Assembly (NCBI RefSeq): GCF_009914755.1 | Contig: NC_060940.1 | DNA: 64,000 bases | Reading direction: 5' to 3' (one strand) | DNA from: the human T2T-CHM13v2.0 reference genome, Homo sapiens | In this document: positions 1-15,200 of the stretch, piece after piece | How the letters are laid out: each line of letters opens with the position of its first letter | Position numbering within the stretch: the first letter of the stretch is position 1 | Made by a program: the position numbers and the translations under genes | Notes under the pieces: model-generated | What the model was told of the DNA's origin: nothing | What the model saw: only the letters and a program-made list of their open reading frames with translations | The model's database searches: none

Positions 1-3000
1 GATGATTGCATTCTATTTCATTTGATGATGATTCCATTCGAGTCCACTCGATGATTCCATTCGAGTCCATTTAATGAATCCATTGGTTTCAATTCTATGA
101 TGATTACATTGGATTCCATTCGTTGATGATTTCATTCGGTTCCATTCAATGATGATTCCATTCAATTCCTTTCAATGTTTCCATTCAATTCCATACGATG
201 ATGATTCCATTTGATTTGATTCGACAGTGAGCCATTCGATTCAATTCCATGACGATTCTATTTGATTCAATTGGTTGACATTTCCATTCGATTCCATTCG
301 ATGATGATTCCCTTTGATTCCGTTCAAAGATGATTCCATTCTAGCCCATTCAATCATTCCATTCGATTCTATTCAATGATGATTCCATTCATGTCGATTT
401 GGTGATTCCATTTGACTTCATTTGATGATGATTCCTTTCAAGTTCATTAGATGATTCCATTCGATTCCATTTGATGATGATCCCATTCGAGTCCATTCAG
501 TGATTCCATTCGTTTCCATTCCATGATGATTCCATTCCTTTCCATTCAATGATTCCATTCGATTCCGTTTGATGATGATTTCATTCGAGTCCATTTGATG
601 ATTCCATTTGATTCCATTCGATGATGATTCCATTCGAGTCCATTCGATGATTCTATTCGAATCCATTTGATGATTTCTTTTGATTATATTTGGTGATGAT
701 TCCATTGGAGTCCATTCAATGATTCCATTCTATTCCAATCGATGATGATTCCATTAGAGTCCATTTAATGATTCCATTTGATTCCAGTCTCTGATGATTA
801 CATTCGAGTCCATACGATGATTCCACTCAATTCCATATGATGATGATTCCATTTGATTCCATTCGGTGATTCCATTCTATTGTATTCAATGGTGATTCCA
901 TTCGAGTACATTAGATGATTCCATTCGATTCCATTCAATGATGATTCTATTTGTGTCCCTTAGATGATTCCACATGATTCCATTAGATGATGATACTATT
1001 TGAGCCCATCCAATGATTCCCTTCGATTCCATTCGATGAGGATTCCATTCGATTCAATTCATTGGTGATTCTATTCAATTCAATTCTTTGATTCCATTCC
1101 ATTCCATTCGACAATGATTCCATTCGATTTCTTTCGATGATTCCACTCGATTCCACTTGACATTGATTCCATTCGATTCCATTCAATGATTCCATTTGAT
1201 TCCAGTGGATGATGATTGCCATCGATTCCATTCGATCACTCCATTCTATTCCATTTGATGATGATTACATTCGATTCCATTTGATGATTCCATCTGATTC
1301 TATTCGAGGATTCCATTTGATTCCATTCGATGATGATTCCATTCGAGTCCATTCGATGATTTCATTCGAGTACATCCAATGATTCCATTCGAGTCCATTA
1401 GATGATTCCATTTGATTCCATTTGAAAATGATTCTACTAGAGTCCATTCAATGACTCCATTCGAGTCCATTCAACAATTCCATTCGACTCCATTCGATGA
1501 TTCCATTCGATTCCATTTGATGGTTCCATTCGAGTCCATTTAATCATTACAGTCGAGTCCGTTTGGTGATTCCACTGGATTTCTTTTGATAATGATACCA
1601 TTCAATTACATTTGATGATGATCCCATTCAATTTCATTTGATGATGATTCCATTAGAGTCCATTCGATGATTTCATTCGAGTCCCTTCATTGATTCCATC
1701 CGATTTCATTGGATGATGACTCCATTCGAGTCCATTCGATGATTCCACTCGATTCCATTAGATGATTCCATTGGAGTCCATTTGATTGTTCCATTCGATT
1801 CCATTCGATTCCTTTCGAAGATTATTCCATTTGAGTCCATTCGATGATGATTCCATTCCATTCCATTCGATGATTCCGTTTGATTCCATTCGATGATTCC
1901 CTTCGATTCCTTTCTTTGATGATTCCATTCCATTCCATTCAATGATTCCATTCGAATCTATTCCATGATGATTCCTTTCGATTCCATTCGCTGATGTTTC
2001 CCTTCAATTCCATTCGATGATGATTCCATTCGATTCCATTCATTGAGGATTCCATTTGATTCCATTCAATGATGATTCCATTCTATTCCATTCAATGATT
2101 GCATTCAATTCCATTCAATGATTATCCCATTAGAGTAAACTCAACGATTCCATTCAATACCATTCGATGATGATTCCTTTTGAGTCCATTCAATGATTTC
2201 ATTCAAGTCCATTTGATGATTCCTTTCAATTCCATTCTATGATGATTCCATTCGAGTCCATTCGATGATTCCATTCGATTGCATTCGATGATTCCATTAT
2301 ATTCCATTCAACGGTGATTCCATTCGAGTCCATTCCATGATTCCATTAGAGTACATTTAATGATTGCTTTGTTTTCAATTCGAAGATGATTACATTGGAT
2401 TCCATTCTATGATACCATTCGATTCCATTCAATGATGATTCCACTCAAATCCATTGGATGATTCCATTCGTGTCCATTCGGTGATTTCATTAGATTCCAT
2501 TCGAGGATGATTCCATTCGATTCCATTCGATGATTCCATTCAATTCCATTCGATGATGATTCCATTCCAGTCCATATGATCATTCCATTTGATTTCATTC
2601 GATGATGATTCCATTCGATTCGATTCGACGATTCCATTCTATTCCATTCGATGATGATTCCATTCGAGTCCATTCGATGATTCCATTCGAGTCCATTTAA
2701 TGATTCCATTGGGTTCAATTCAATGATGATTACATTGGATTCCGTTCTATGATTCCATTCAATTCCGTTCATTGACAATTTGATTCCATTCGATGATGAT
2801 TCCATTTGAGTTCATTCGATGATTCTATTCGATTCTCTTCGATGGTGATTCAATTCTATTATATTGGATGATTCCATTCGATTCCATTTGATGTTGATTC
2901 AATTCGATTCTATTCGATGATGATTCCATTGGATTTCACTTGATGATTCTATTCGATTCCATTCAATGATGATTCACTTCTCGTCCATTGGATGATTCCA

Positions 3001-6000
3001 TTTCATTCCATTCGATGATGATTCCATTCGATTCCATTCGATGATTCCATTTGATTCCATGCGACGGTGAGCAATTCGATTCAATTCCATGATGATTCTA
3101 TTTGGTTCAATTAGATGATGTTTCCATTCGAATCCATTCCATGATTATTCCATTGGAATCCATTCGGCGATGATTCCATATGAGTCAATTCAATGATGAT
3201 TCCATATGGGTCCGTTCGATGATAATTCCATTTGATTTCATTCGATGCTTCTATTCTATTCCAGTCGATGATGATTCCGTTGGAGTCCATACGATGATTC
3301 CATTTGATTTCATTTGATGATGGTTCCATTCGATGATGATTACATTGGATTCCATTCTATGATTCCATTCAATTCCATTCGTTGATGATTCGATTCCATT
3401 CAATGATGATTCCATTTGAGTTCATTCGATGATTCTATTCGATTCCGTTCGATGGTGATTCAATTCTATTATATTGGATGATTCCACTCGATTCCATTTG
3501 ATGATTATTCCATTGGAGTCCACTTAGTGAATCCTTTAGATTCTACTCGACGATGATTCCATTCGAGTCCATTCGATGATACCATTCAATTCCATTCGTT
3601 GATGCTTCCATTCAAGTGCATTCGATGATATCATTCGATTCCATTTGATGATAATTCCATTTGATTCCGTGCGATGATTCTATTCGATTCCATTCAATGA
3701 TAATTCCATTCAATTCAGTGATTCCTCTGGACTCCATTTGATGATGATTCCATTCAATGATTCCATTCGATTCTATTCGAAAATGATTCCATTTGAATCC
3801 ATTTGATGATGATTCCATTAGATTCCATTTGATGATTCCATTCGATTCCATTCGACGATGATTCCATTCGATTCCGTTTGATGATTCCATTCTATTCTAT
3901 TCGATGATGATTCCATTCGATTCCATTCGATGATGATTGGATTCGATTCCTTTTGATGATTTCATTTGATTCCATTCGTTAATGATTTCGATCAATTCCA
4001 TTCGATGATTCCATTCGATTCCATTTGATAATGATTACATCCGAGTCCATTCGATGATTCCCTTTGAGCCTGTTCGATAATTCCATTTGAGTCCAACCAA
4101 TGATTCCATTCATTTCCATTCAATGATTCCATTCGAGTCCATTTGATCATTCCGGTAGGGTCCATTCGATGTTGATTCCATTGGAGTGCATTCGATGATT
4201 CCATTCGAGTCCATTTTAGGATTTGATTCGAGTCCTTTCGATGATTCCATTCGATTCCACTCGATGATGATTTCATTCGAGTCCATTCGACACTTCCAAT
4301 CGATTCCATTTGATGATTCCATTCGAGTCCAATTGATGATTCCATTCAATTCCATTCGATGATGATTCCGTACGATTCCATTCTGTGATGATTCCATGTG
4401 ATTGCATTCAATGATGATTCCTTTCGATTGCATTCGATTATGATTCATTTCGTGTTCATTCTATGGTTCCACAGGTTTCCATTCGTGTCCATTCCATTAT
4501 TCCATTCTATTCCATTTGATGATGATTCCATTCGATTCCATTCATTGGTGATTCCACTCAATTCCATTCAATGATTCCATTCCATTTCTTTCAACAATGA
4601 TTCCATTAGTTTCTAATCGATGATCCACTTGATTCCATTTGACGACGATTCCATTCTTGTCCATTCGATGATTCCATTTGATTCCATATGATGATGATTC
4701 CATTCGATTCCATACCATGATGATTCCATTCGAGTCCATTCAATGGTGATTCCATTCAATTCCATTCGATGATTCCTTTTGATTCCATTCGATGATGATG
4801 GCATTCGATTCCTTTCAATCATTCCCTTTGATTCCATTCAAAGGTGATTTCATTCAAGTCCATTCGATAATTGCATTCGATTCCATTCTATGATGATTCC
4901 ATTCGAGTCCATTTGATGATTCCATTCAATTCAAGTCAATGATGATTCCATTCGATTCCAATCGATGATTCCATTGGATTCCATTCGATGATGATTCCAT
5001 TCAAATCCATTCGATAATTCAATTCAAGTCCATTCGATGATGATTCCAATCGAATCCATTCAAAGATTCCATTCAGTTCCATTCGATGATTCCCTTAGAT
5101 TCCATTCGATGATTCCACTTGATTGCATTTACGATGATTCCATTCGATTCCGTGTGATGATTCCATTCAATTCTATTCAATGATGTCTCCATTTGATTCC
5201 ATTCGACCATGATTGCCTTTGATTCCATTCAATGATTCCATTCGGTTCCGTTTGATGATGATTCCGTTCGATTCCATTTGATGATTCCATTTGATTCCAT
5301 TGGATGAGTCCATTCGATTACATTCGATGATTATTCCATTCGAGTGCATTAGATGATTCCATTCGAGTCCATTCGATGATTCCATTCGATTCCATTCGAT
5401 GTTGATTCTGTTCAAATCCATTCGATGATTCCACTCGATTCCATTCGTTGACTCCATTTGATCCCATTCGATGATTTCCTTTGATTCCCTTTGATGATCA
5501 TTCCATTTGATTCAATTCGGTGATTTCATTTGATTCCATTCAGTGATGTTTCCATTCGACTCCATTCGATGATGATTCCATTCGACTCCATTCGATTATG
5601 ATTTCATTCAATTCCATTCGATAATGATTCCCTTCGAGTCCATTCGATGATTCCATTCGATTCCATTCAACGATGATTTGATTCGTGTCCATTCGATGAT
5701 TCCATTTGATTCCACTTGATGATGATTCCATTCGAGTCCATTTGATGATTCCATTCAATTCCATACTCCGATGATTTCTTTTGAGCCCACTCAATGCTTC
5801 CACTCGATTCCATATGATGATGACTCCATTCGATGAAATTCGATGATGATTCCATTCGCTTGCTTTCGATGATGATTCCACTTGAGTCCGTTAGAAGATT
5901 CTATTCAATTACATTCCATGACGATTCCGTTCGAGTCCATTTGATGATTCCATTAGACTCCATTCGACGATGATTCCATTCGATGTTATTCGATGATTCC

Positions 6001-6112
6001 ATTCGATCTCATTCGATGATGATTCCATTCAACTCCATTCGATGTTTCCATTCGAGTTCATTCTATTATTCCATTAGATTCCATTCGATGATGATTCCAT
6101 TCGATTCCATTT
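1..6112 (+). repeat. HOR unit 1 (6,112 bp, arbitrary phase)
   Basis: Marker GATGATTGCATTCTATTTCATTTG at 1 recurs at 6113. Every ORF in the track recurs at +6112 (418->6530, 2407->8519, 5540->11652). Confidence 0.97.
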
Positions 6113-9100
6113 GATGATTGCATTCTATTTCATTTGATGATGATTCCATTCGAGTCCACTCGATGATTCCATTCGAGTCCATTTAATGAATCCATTGGTT
6201 TCAATTCTATGATGATTACATTGGATTCCATTCGTTGATGATTTCATTCGGTTCCATTCAATGATGATTCCATTCAATTCCTTTCAATGTTTCCATTCAA
6301 TTCCATACGATGATGATTCCATTTGATTTGATTCGACAGTGAGCCATTCGATTCAATTCCATGACGATTCTATTTGATTCAATTGGTTGACATTTCCATT
6401 CGATTCCATTCGATGATGATTCCCTTTGATTCCGTTCAAAGATGATTCCATTCTAGCCCATTCAATCATTCCATTCGATTCTATTCAATGATGATTCCAT
6501 TCATGTCGATTTGGTGATTCCATTTGACTTCATTTGATGATGATTCCTTTCAAGTTCATTAGATGATTCCATTCGATTCCATTTGATGATGATCCCATTC
6601 GAGTCCATTCAGTGATTCCATTCGTTTCCATTCCATGATGATTCCATTCCTTTCCATTCAATGATTCCATTCGATTCCGTTTGATGATGATTTCATTCGA
6701 GTCCATTTGATGATTCCATTTGATTCCATTCGATGATGATTCCATTCGAGTCCATTCGATGATTCTATTCGAATCCATTTGATGATTTCTTTTGATTATA
6801 TTTGGTGATGATTCCATTGGAGTCCATTCAATGATTCCATTCTATTCCAATCGATGATGATTCCATTAGAGTCCATTTAATGATTCCATTTGATTCCAGT
6901 CTCTGATGATTACATTCGAGTCCATACGATGATTCCACTCAATTCCATATGATGATGATTCCATTTGATTCCATTCGGTGATTCCATTCTATTGTATTCA
7001 ATGGTGATTCCATTCGAGTACATTAGATGATTCCATTCGATTCCATTCAATGATGATTCTATTTGTGTCCCTTAGATGATTCCACATGATTCCATTAGAT
7101 GATGATACTATTTGAGCCCATCCAATGATTCCCTTCGATTCCATTCGATGAGGATTCCATTCGATTCAATTCATTGGTGATTCTATTCAATTCAATTCTT
7201 TGATTCCATTCCATTCCATTCGACAATGATTCCATTCGATTTCTTTCGATGATTCCACTCGATTCCACTTGACATTGATTCCATTCGATTCCATTCAATG
7301 ATTCCATTTGATTCCAGTGGATGATGATTGCCATCGATTCCATTCGATCACTCCATTCTATTCCATTTGATGATGATTACATTCGATTCCATTTGATGAT
7401 TCCATCTGATTCTATTCGAGGATTCCATTTGATTCCATTCGATGATGATTCCATTCGAGTCCATTCGATGATTTCATTCGAGTACATCCAATGATTCCAT
7501 TCGAGTCCATTAGATGATTCCATTTGATTCCATTTGAAAATGATTCTACTAGAGTCCATTCAATGACTCCATTCGAGTCCATTCAACAATTCCATTCGAC
7601 TCCATTCGATGATTCCATTCGATTCCATTTGATGGTTCCATTCGAGTCCATTTAATCATTACAGTCGAGTCCGTTTGGTGATTCCACTGGATTTCTTTTG
7701 ATAATGATACCATTCAATTACATTTGATGATGATCCCATTCAATTTCATTTGATGATGATTCCATTAGAGTCCATTCGATGATTTCATTCGAGTCCCTTC
7801 ATTGATTCCATCCGATTTCATTGGATGATGACTCCATTCGAGTCCATTCGATGATTCCACTCGATTCCATTAGATGATTCCATTGGAGTCCATTTGATTG
7901 TTCCATTCGATTCCATTCGATTCCTTTCGAAGATTATTCCATTTGAGTCCATTCGATGATGATTCCATTCCATTCCATTCGATGATTCCGTTTGATTCCA
8001 TTCGATGATTCCCTTCGATTCCTTTCTTTGATGATTCCATTCCATTCCATTCAATGATTCCATTCGAATCTATTCCATGATGATTCCTTTCGATTCCATT
8101 CGCTGATGTTTCCGTTCAATTCCATTCGATGATGATTCCATTCGATTCCATTCATTGAGGATTCCATTTGATTCCATTCAATGATGATTCCATTGTATTC
8201 CATTCAATGATTGCATTCAATTCCATTCAATGATTATCCCATTAGAGTAAACTCAACGATTCCATTCAATACCATTCGATGATGATTCCTTTTGAGTCCA
8301 TTCAATGATTTCATTCAAGTCCATTTGATGATTCCTTTCAATTCCATTCTATGATGATTCCATTCGAGTCCATTCGATGATTCCATTCGATTGCATTCGA
8401 TGATTCCATTATATTCCATTCAACGGTGATTCCATTCGAGTCCATTCCATGATTCCATTAGAGTACATTTAATGATTGCTTTGTTTTCAATTCGAAGATG
8501 ATTACATTGGATTCCATTCTATGATACCATTCGATTCCATTCAATGATGATTCCACTCAAATCCATTGGATGATTCCATTCGTGTCCATTCGGTGATTTC
8601 ATTAGATTCCATTCGAGGATGATTCCATTCGATTCCATTCGATGATTCCATTCAATTCCATTCGATGATGATTCCATTCCAGTCCATATGATCATTCCAT
8701 TTGATTTCATTCGATGATGATTCCATTCGATTCGATTCGACGATTCCATTCTATTCCATTCGATGATGATTCCATTCGAGTCCATTCGATGATTCCATTC
8801 GAGTCCATTTAATGATTCCATTGGGTTCAATTCAATGATGATTACATTGGATTCCGTTCTATGATTCCATTCAATTCCGTTCATTGACAATTTGATTCCA
8901 TTCGATGATGATTCCATTTGAGTTCATTCGATGATTCTATTCGATTCTCTTCGATGGTGATTCAATTCTATTATATTGGATGATTCCATTCGATTCCATT
9001 TGATGTTGATTCAATTCGATTCTATTCGATGATGATTCCATTGGATTTCACTTGATGATTCTATTCGATTCCATTCAATGATGATTCACTTCTCGTCCAT

Positions 9101-12100
9101 TGGATGATTCCATTTCATTCCATTCGATGATGATTCCATTCGATTCCATTCGATGATTCCATTTGATTCCATGCGACGGTGAGCAATTCGATTCAATTCC
9201 ATGATGATTCTATTTGGTTCAATTAGATGATGTTTCCATTCGAATCCATTCCATGATTATTCCATTGGAATCCATTCGGCGATGATTCCATATGAGTCAA
9301 TTCAATGATGATTCCATATGGGTCCGTTCGATGATAATTCCATTTGATTTCATTCGATGCTTCTATTCTATTCCAGTCGATGATGATTCCGTTGGAGTCC
9401 ATACGATGATTCCATTTGATTTCATTTGATGATGGTTCCATTCGATGATGATTACATTGGATTCCATTCTATGATTCCATTCAATTCCATTCGTTGATGA
9501 TTCGATTCCATTCAATGATGATTCCATTTGAGTTCATTCGATGATTCTATTCGATTCCGTTCGATGGTGATTCAATTCTATTATATTGGATGATTCCACT
9601 CGATTCCATTTGATGATTATTCCATTGGAGTCCACTTAGTGAATCCTTTAGATTCTACTCGACGATGATTCCATTCGAGTCCATTCGATGATACCATTCA
9701 ATTCCATTCGTTGATGCTTCCATTCAAGTGCATTCGATGATATCATTCGATTCCATTTGATGATAATTCCATTTGATTCCGTGCGATGATTCTATTCGAT
9801 TCCATTCAATGATAATTCCATTCAATTCAGTGATTCCTCTGGACTCCATTTGATGATGATTCCATTCAATGATTCCATTCGATTCTATTCGAAAATGATT
9901 CCATTTGAATCCATTTGATGATGATTCCATTAGATTCCATTTGATGATTCCATTCGATTCCATTCGACGATGATTCCATTCGATTCCGTTTGATGATTCC
10001 ATTCTATTCTATTCGATGATGATTCCATTCGATTCCATTCGATGATGATTGGATTCGATTCCTTTTGATGATTTCATTTGATTCCATTCGTTAATGATTT
10101 CGATCAATTCCATTCGATGATTCCATTCGATTCCATTTGATAATGATTACATCCGAGTCCATTCGATGATTCCCTTTGAGCCTGTTCGATAATTCCATTT
10201 GAGTCCAACCAATGATTCCATTCATTTCCATTCAATGATTCCATTCGAGTCCATTTGATCATTCCGGTAGGGTCCATTCGATGTTGATTCCATTGGAGTG
10301 CATTCGATGATTCCATTCGAGTCCATTTTAGGATTTGATTCGAGTCCTTTCGATGATTCCATTCGATTCCACTCGATGATGATTTCATTCGAGTCCATTC
10401 GACACTTCCAATCGATTCCATTTGATGATTCCATTCGAGTCCAATTGATGATTCCATTCAATTCCATTCGATGATGATTCCGTACGATTCCATTCTGTGA
10501 TGATTCCATGTGATTGCATTCAATGATGATTCCTTTCGATTGCATTCGATTATGATTCATTTCGTGTTCATTCTATGGTTCCACAGGTTTCCATTCGTGT
10601 CCATTCCATTATTCCATTCTATTCCATTTGATGATGATTCCATTCGATTCCATTCATTGGTGATTCCACTCAATTCCATTCAATGATTCCATTCCATTTC
10701 TTTCAACAATGATTCCATTAGTTTCTAATCGATGATCCACTTGATTCCATTTGACGACGATTCCATTCTTGTCCATTCGATGATTCCATTTGATTCCATA
10801 TGATGATGATTCCATTCGATTCCATACCATGATGATTCCATTCGAGTCCATTCAATGGTGATTCCATTCAATTCCATTCGATGATTCCTTTTGATTCCAT
10901 TCGATGATGATGGCATTCGATTCCTTTCAATCATTCCCTTTGATTCCATTCAAAGGTGATTTCATTCAAGTCCATTCGATAATTGCATTCGATTCCATTC
11001 TATGATGATTCCATTCGAGTCCATTTGATGATTCCATTCAATTCAAGTCAATGATGATTCCATTCGATTCCAATCGATGATTCCATTGGATTCCATTCGA
11101 TGATGATTCCATTCAAATCCATTCGATAATTCAATTCAAGTCCATTCGATGATGATTCCAATCGAATCCATTCAAAGATTCCATTCAGTTCCATTCGATG
11201 ATTCCCTTAGATTCCATTCGATGATTCCACTTGATTGCATTTACGATGATTCCATTCGATTCCGTGTGATGATTCCATTCAATTCTATTCAATGATGTCT
11301 CCATTTGATTCCATTCGACCATGATTGCCTTTGATTCCATTCAATGATTCCATTCGGTTCCGTTTGATGATGATTCCGTTCGATTCCATTTGATGATTCC
11401 ATTTGATTCCATTGGATGAGTCCATTCGATTACATTCGATGATTATTCCATTCGAGTGCATTAGATGATTCCATTCGAGTCCATTCGATGATTCCATTCG
11501 ATTCCATTCGATGTTGATTCTGTTCAAATCCATTCGATGATTCCACTCGATTCCATTCGTTGACTCCATTTGATCCCATTCGATGATTTCCTTTGATTCC
11601 CTTTGATGATCATTCCATTTGATTCAATTCGGTGATTTCATTTGATTCCATTCAGTGATGTTTCCATTCGACTCCATTCGATGATGATTCCATTCGACTC
11701 CATTCGATTATGATTTCATTCAATTCCATTCGATAATGATTCCCTTCGAGTCCATTCGATGATTCCATTCGATTCCATTCAACGATGATTTGATTCGTGT
11801 CCATTCGATGATTCCATTTGATTCCACTTGATGATGATTCCATTCGAGTCCATTTGATGATTCCATTCAATTCCATACTCCGATGATTTCTTTTGAGCCC
11901 ACTCAATGCTTCCACTCGATTCCATATGATGATGACTCCATTCGATGAAATTCGATGATGATTCCATTCGCTTGCTTTCGATGATGATTCCACTTGAGTC
12001 CGTTAGAAGATTCTATTCAATTACATTCCATGACGATTCCGTTCGAGTCCATTTGATGATTCCATTAGACTCCATTCGACGATGATTCCATTCGATGTTA

Positions 12101-12224
12101 TTCGATGATTCCATTCGATCTCATTCGATGATGATTCCATTCAACTCCATTCGATGTTTCCATTCGAGTTCATTCTATTATTCCATTAGATTCCATTCGA
12201 TGATGATTCCATTCGATTCCATTT
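6113..12224 (+). repeat. HOR unit 2 (6,112 bp), nearly identical to unit 1
   Basis: Same ORF translations as unit 1. Only isolated substitutions seen, near 8114 and at 8195. Confidence 0.97.
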
Positions 12225-15200
12225 GATGATTGCATTCTATTTCATTTGATGATGATTCCATTCGAGTCCACTCGATGATTCCATTCGAGTCCATTTAATG
12301 AATCCATTGGTTTCAATTCTATGATGATTACATTGGATTCCATTCGTTGATGATTTCATTCGGTTCCATTCAATGATGATTCCATTCAATTCCTTTCAAT
12401 GTTTCCATTCAATTCCATACGATGATGATTCCATTTGATTTGATTCGACAGTGAGCCATTCGATTCAATTCCATGACGATTCTATTTGATTCAATTGGTT
12501 GACATTTCCATTCGATTCCATTCGATGATGATTCCCTTTGATTCCGTTCAAAGATGATTCCATTCTAGCCCATTCAATCATTCCATTCGATTCTATTCAA
12601 TGATGATTCCATTCATGTCGATTTGGTGATTCCATTTGACTTCATTTGATGATGATTCCTTTCAAGTTCATTAGATGATTCCATTCGATTCCATTTGATG
12701 ATGATCCCATTCGAGTCCATTCAGTGATTCCATTCGTTTCCATTCCATGATGATTCCATTCCTTTCCATTCAATGATTCCATTCGATTCCGTTTGATGAT
12801 GATTTCATTCGAGTCCATTTGATGATTCCATTTGATTCCATTCGATGATGATTCCATTCGAGTCCATTCGATGATTCTATTCGAATCCATTTGATGATTT
12901 CTTTTGATTATATTTGGTGATGATTCCATTGGAGTCCATTCAATGATTCCATTCTATTCCAATCGATGATGATTCCATTAGAGTCCATTTAATGATTCCA
13001 TTTGATTCCAGTCTCTGATGATTACATTCGAGTCCATACGATGATTCCACTCAATTCCATATGATGATGATTCCATTTGATTCCATTCGGTGATTCCATT
13101 CTATTGTATTCAATGGTGATTCCATTCGAGTACATTAGATGATTCCATTCGATTCCATTCAATGATGATTCTATTTGTGTCCCTTAGATGATTCCACATG
13201 ATTCCATTAGATGATGATACTATTTGAGCCCATCCAATGATTCCCTTCGATTCCATTCGATGAGGATTCCATTCGATTCAATTCATTGGTGATTCTATTC
13301 AATTCAATTCTTTGATTCCATTCCATTCCATTCGACAATGATTCCATTCGATTTCTTTCGATGATTCCACTCGATTCCACTTGACATTGATTCCATTCGA
13401 TTCCATTCAATGATTCCATTTGATTCCAGTGGATGATGATTGCCATCGATTCCATTCGATCACTCCATTCTATTCCATTTGATGATGATTACATTCGATT
13501 CCATTTGATGATTCCATCTGATTCTATTCGAGGATTCCATTTGATTCCATTCGATGATGATTCCATTCGAGTCCATTCGATGATTTCATTCGAGTACATC
13601 CAATGATTCCATTCGAGTCCATTAGATGATTCCATTTGATTCCATTTGAAAATGATTCTACTAGAGTCCATTCAATGACTCCATTCGAGTCCATTCAACA
13701 ATTCCATTCGACTCCATTCGATGATTCCATTCGATTCCATTTGATGGTTCCATTCGAGTCCATTTAATCATTACAGTCGAGTCCATTTGGTGATTCCACT
13801 GGATTTCTTTTGATAATGATACCATTCAATTACATTTGATGATGATCCCATTCAATTTCATTTGATGATGATTCCATTAGAGTCCATTCGATGATTTCAT
13901 TCGAGTCCCTTCATTGATTCCATCCGATTTCATTGGATGATGACTCCATTCGAGTCCATTCGATGATTCCACTCGATTCCATTAGATGACTCCATTGGAG
14001 TCCATTTGATTGTTCCATTCGATTCCATTCGATTCCTTTCGAAGATTATTCCATTTGAGTCCATTCGATGATGATTCCATTCCATTCCATTCGATGATTC
14101 CGTTTGATTCCATTTGATGATTCCCTTCGATTCCTTTCTTTGATGATTCCATTCCATTCCATTCAATGATTCCATTCGAATCTATTCCATGATGATTCCT
14201 TTCGATTCCATTCGCTGATGTTTCCGTTCAATTCCATTCGATGATGATTCCATTCGATTCCATTCATTGAGGATTCCATTTGATTCCATTCAATGATGAT
14301 TCCATTCTATTCCATTCAATGATTGCATTCAATTCCATTCAATGATTATCCCATTAGAGTAAACTCAACGATTCCATTCAATACCATTCGATGATGATTC
14401 CTTTTGAGTCCATTCAATGATTTCATTCAAGTCCATTTGATGATTCCTTTCAATTCCATTCTATGATGATTCCATTCGAGTCCATTCGATGATTCCATTC
14501 GATTGCATTCGATGATTCCATTATATTCCATTCAACAGTGATTCCATTCGAGTCAATTCCATGATTCCATTAGAGTACATTTAATGATTGCTTTGTTTTC
14601 AATTCGAAGATGATTACATTGGATTCCATTCTATGATACCATTCGATTCCATTCAATGATGATTCCACTCAAATCCATTGGATGATTCCATTCGTGTCCA
14701 TTCGGTGATTTCATTACATTCCATTCGAGGATGATTCCATTCGATTCCATTCGATGATTCCATTCAATTCCATTCGATGATGATTCCATTCCAGTCCATA
14801 TGATCATTCCATTTGATTTCATTCGATGATGATTCCATTCGATTCGATTCGACGATTCCATTCTATTCCATTCGATGATGATTCCATTCGAGTCCATTCG
14901 ATGATTCCATTCGAGTCCATTTAATGATTCCATTGGGTTCAATTCAATGATGATTACATTGGATTCCGTTCTATGATTCCATTCAATTCCGTTCATTGAC
15001 AATTTGATTCCATTCGATGATGATTCCATTTGAGTTCATTCGATGATTCTATTCGATTCTCTTCGATGGTGATTCAATTCTATTATATTGGATGATTCCA
15101 TTCGATTCCATTTGATGTTGATTCAATTCGATTCTATTCGATGATGATTCCATTGGATTTCACTTGATGATTCTATTCGATTCCATTCAATGATGATTCA

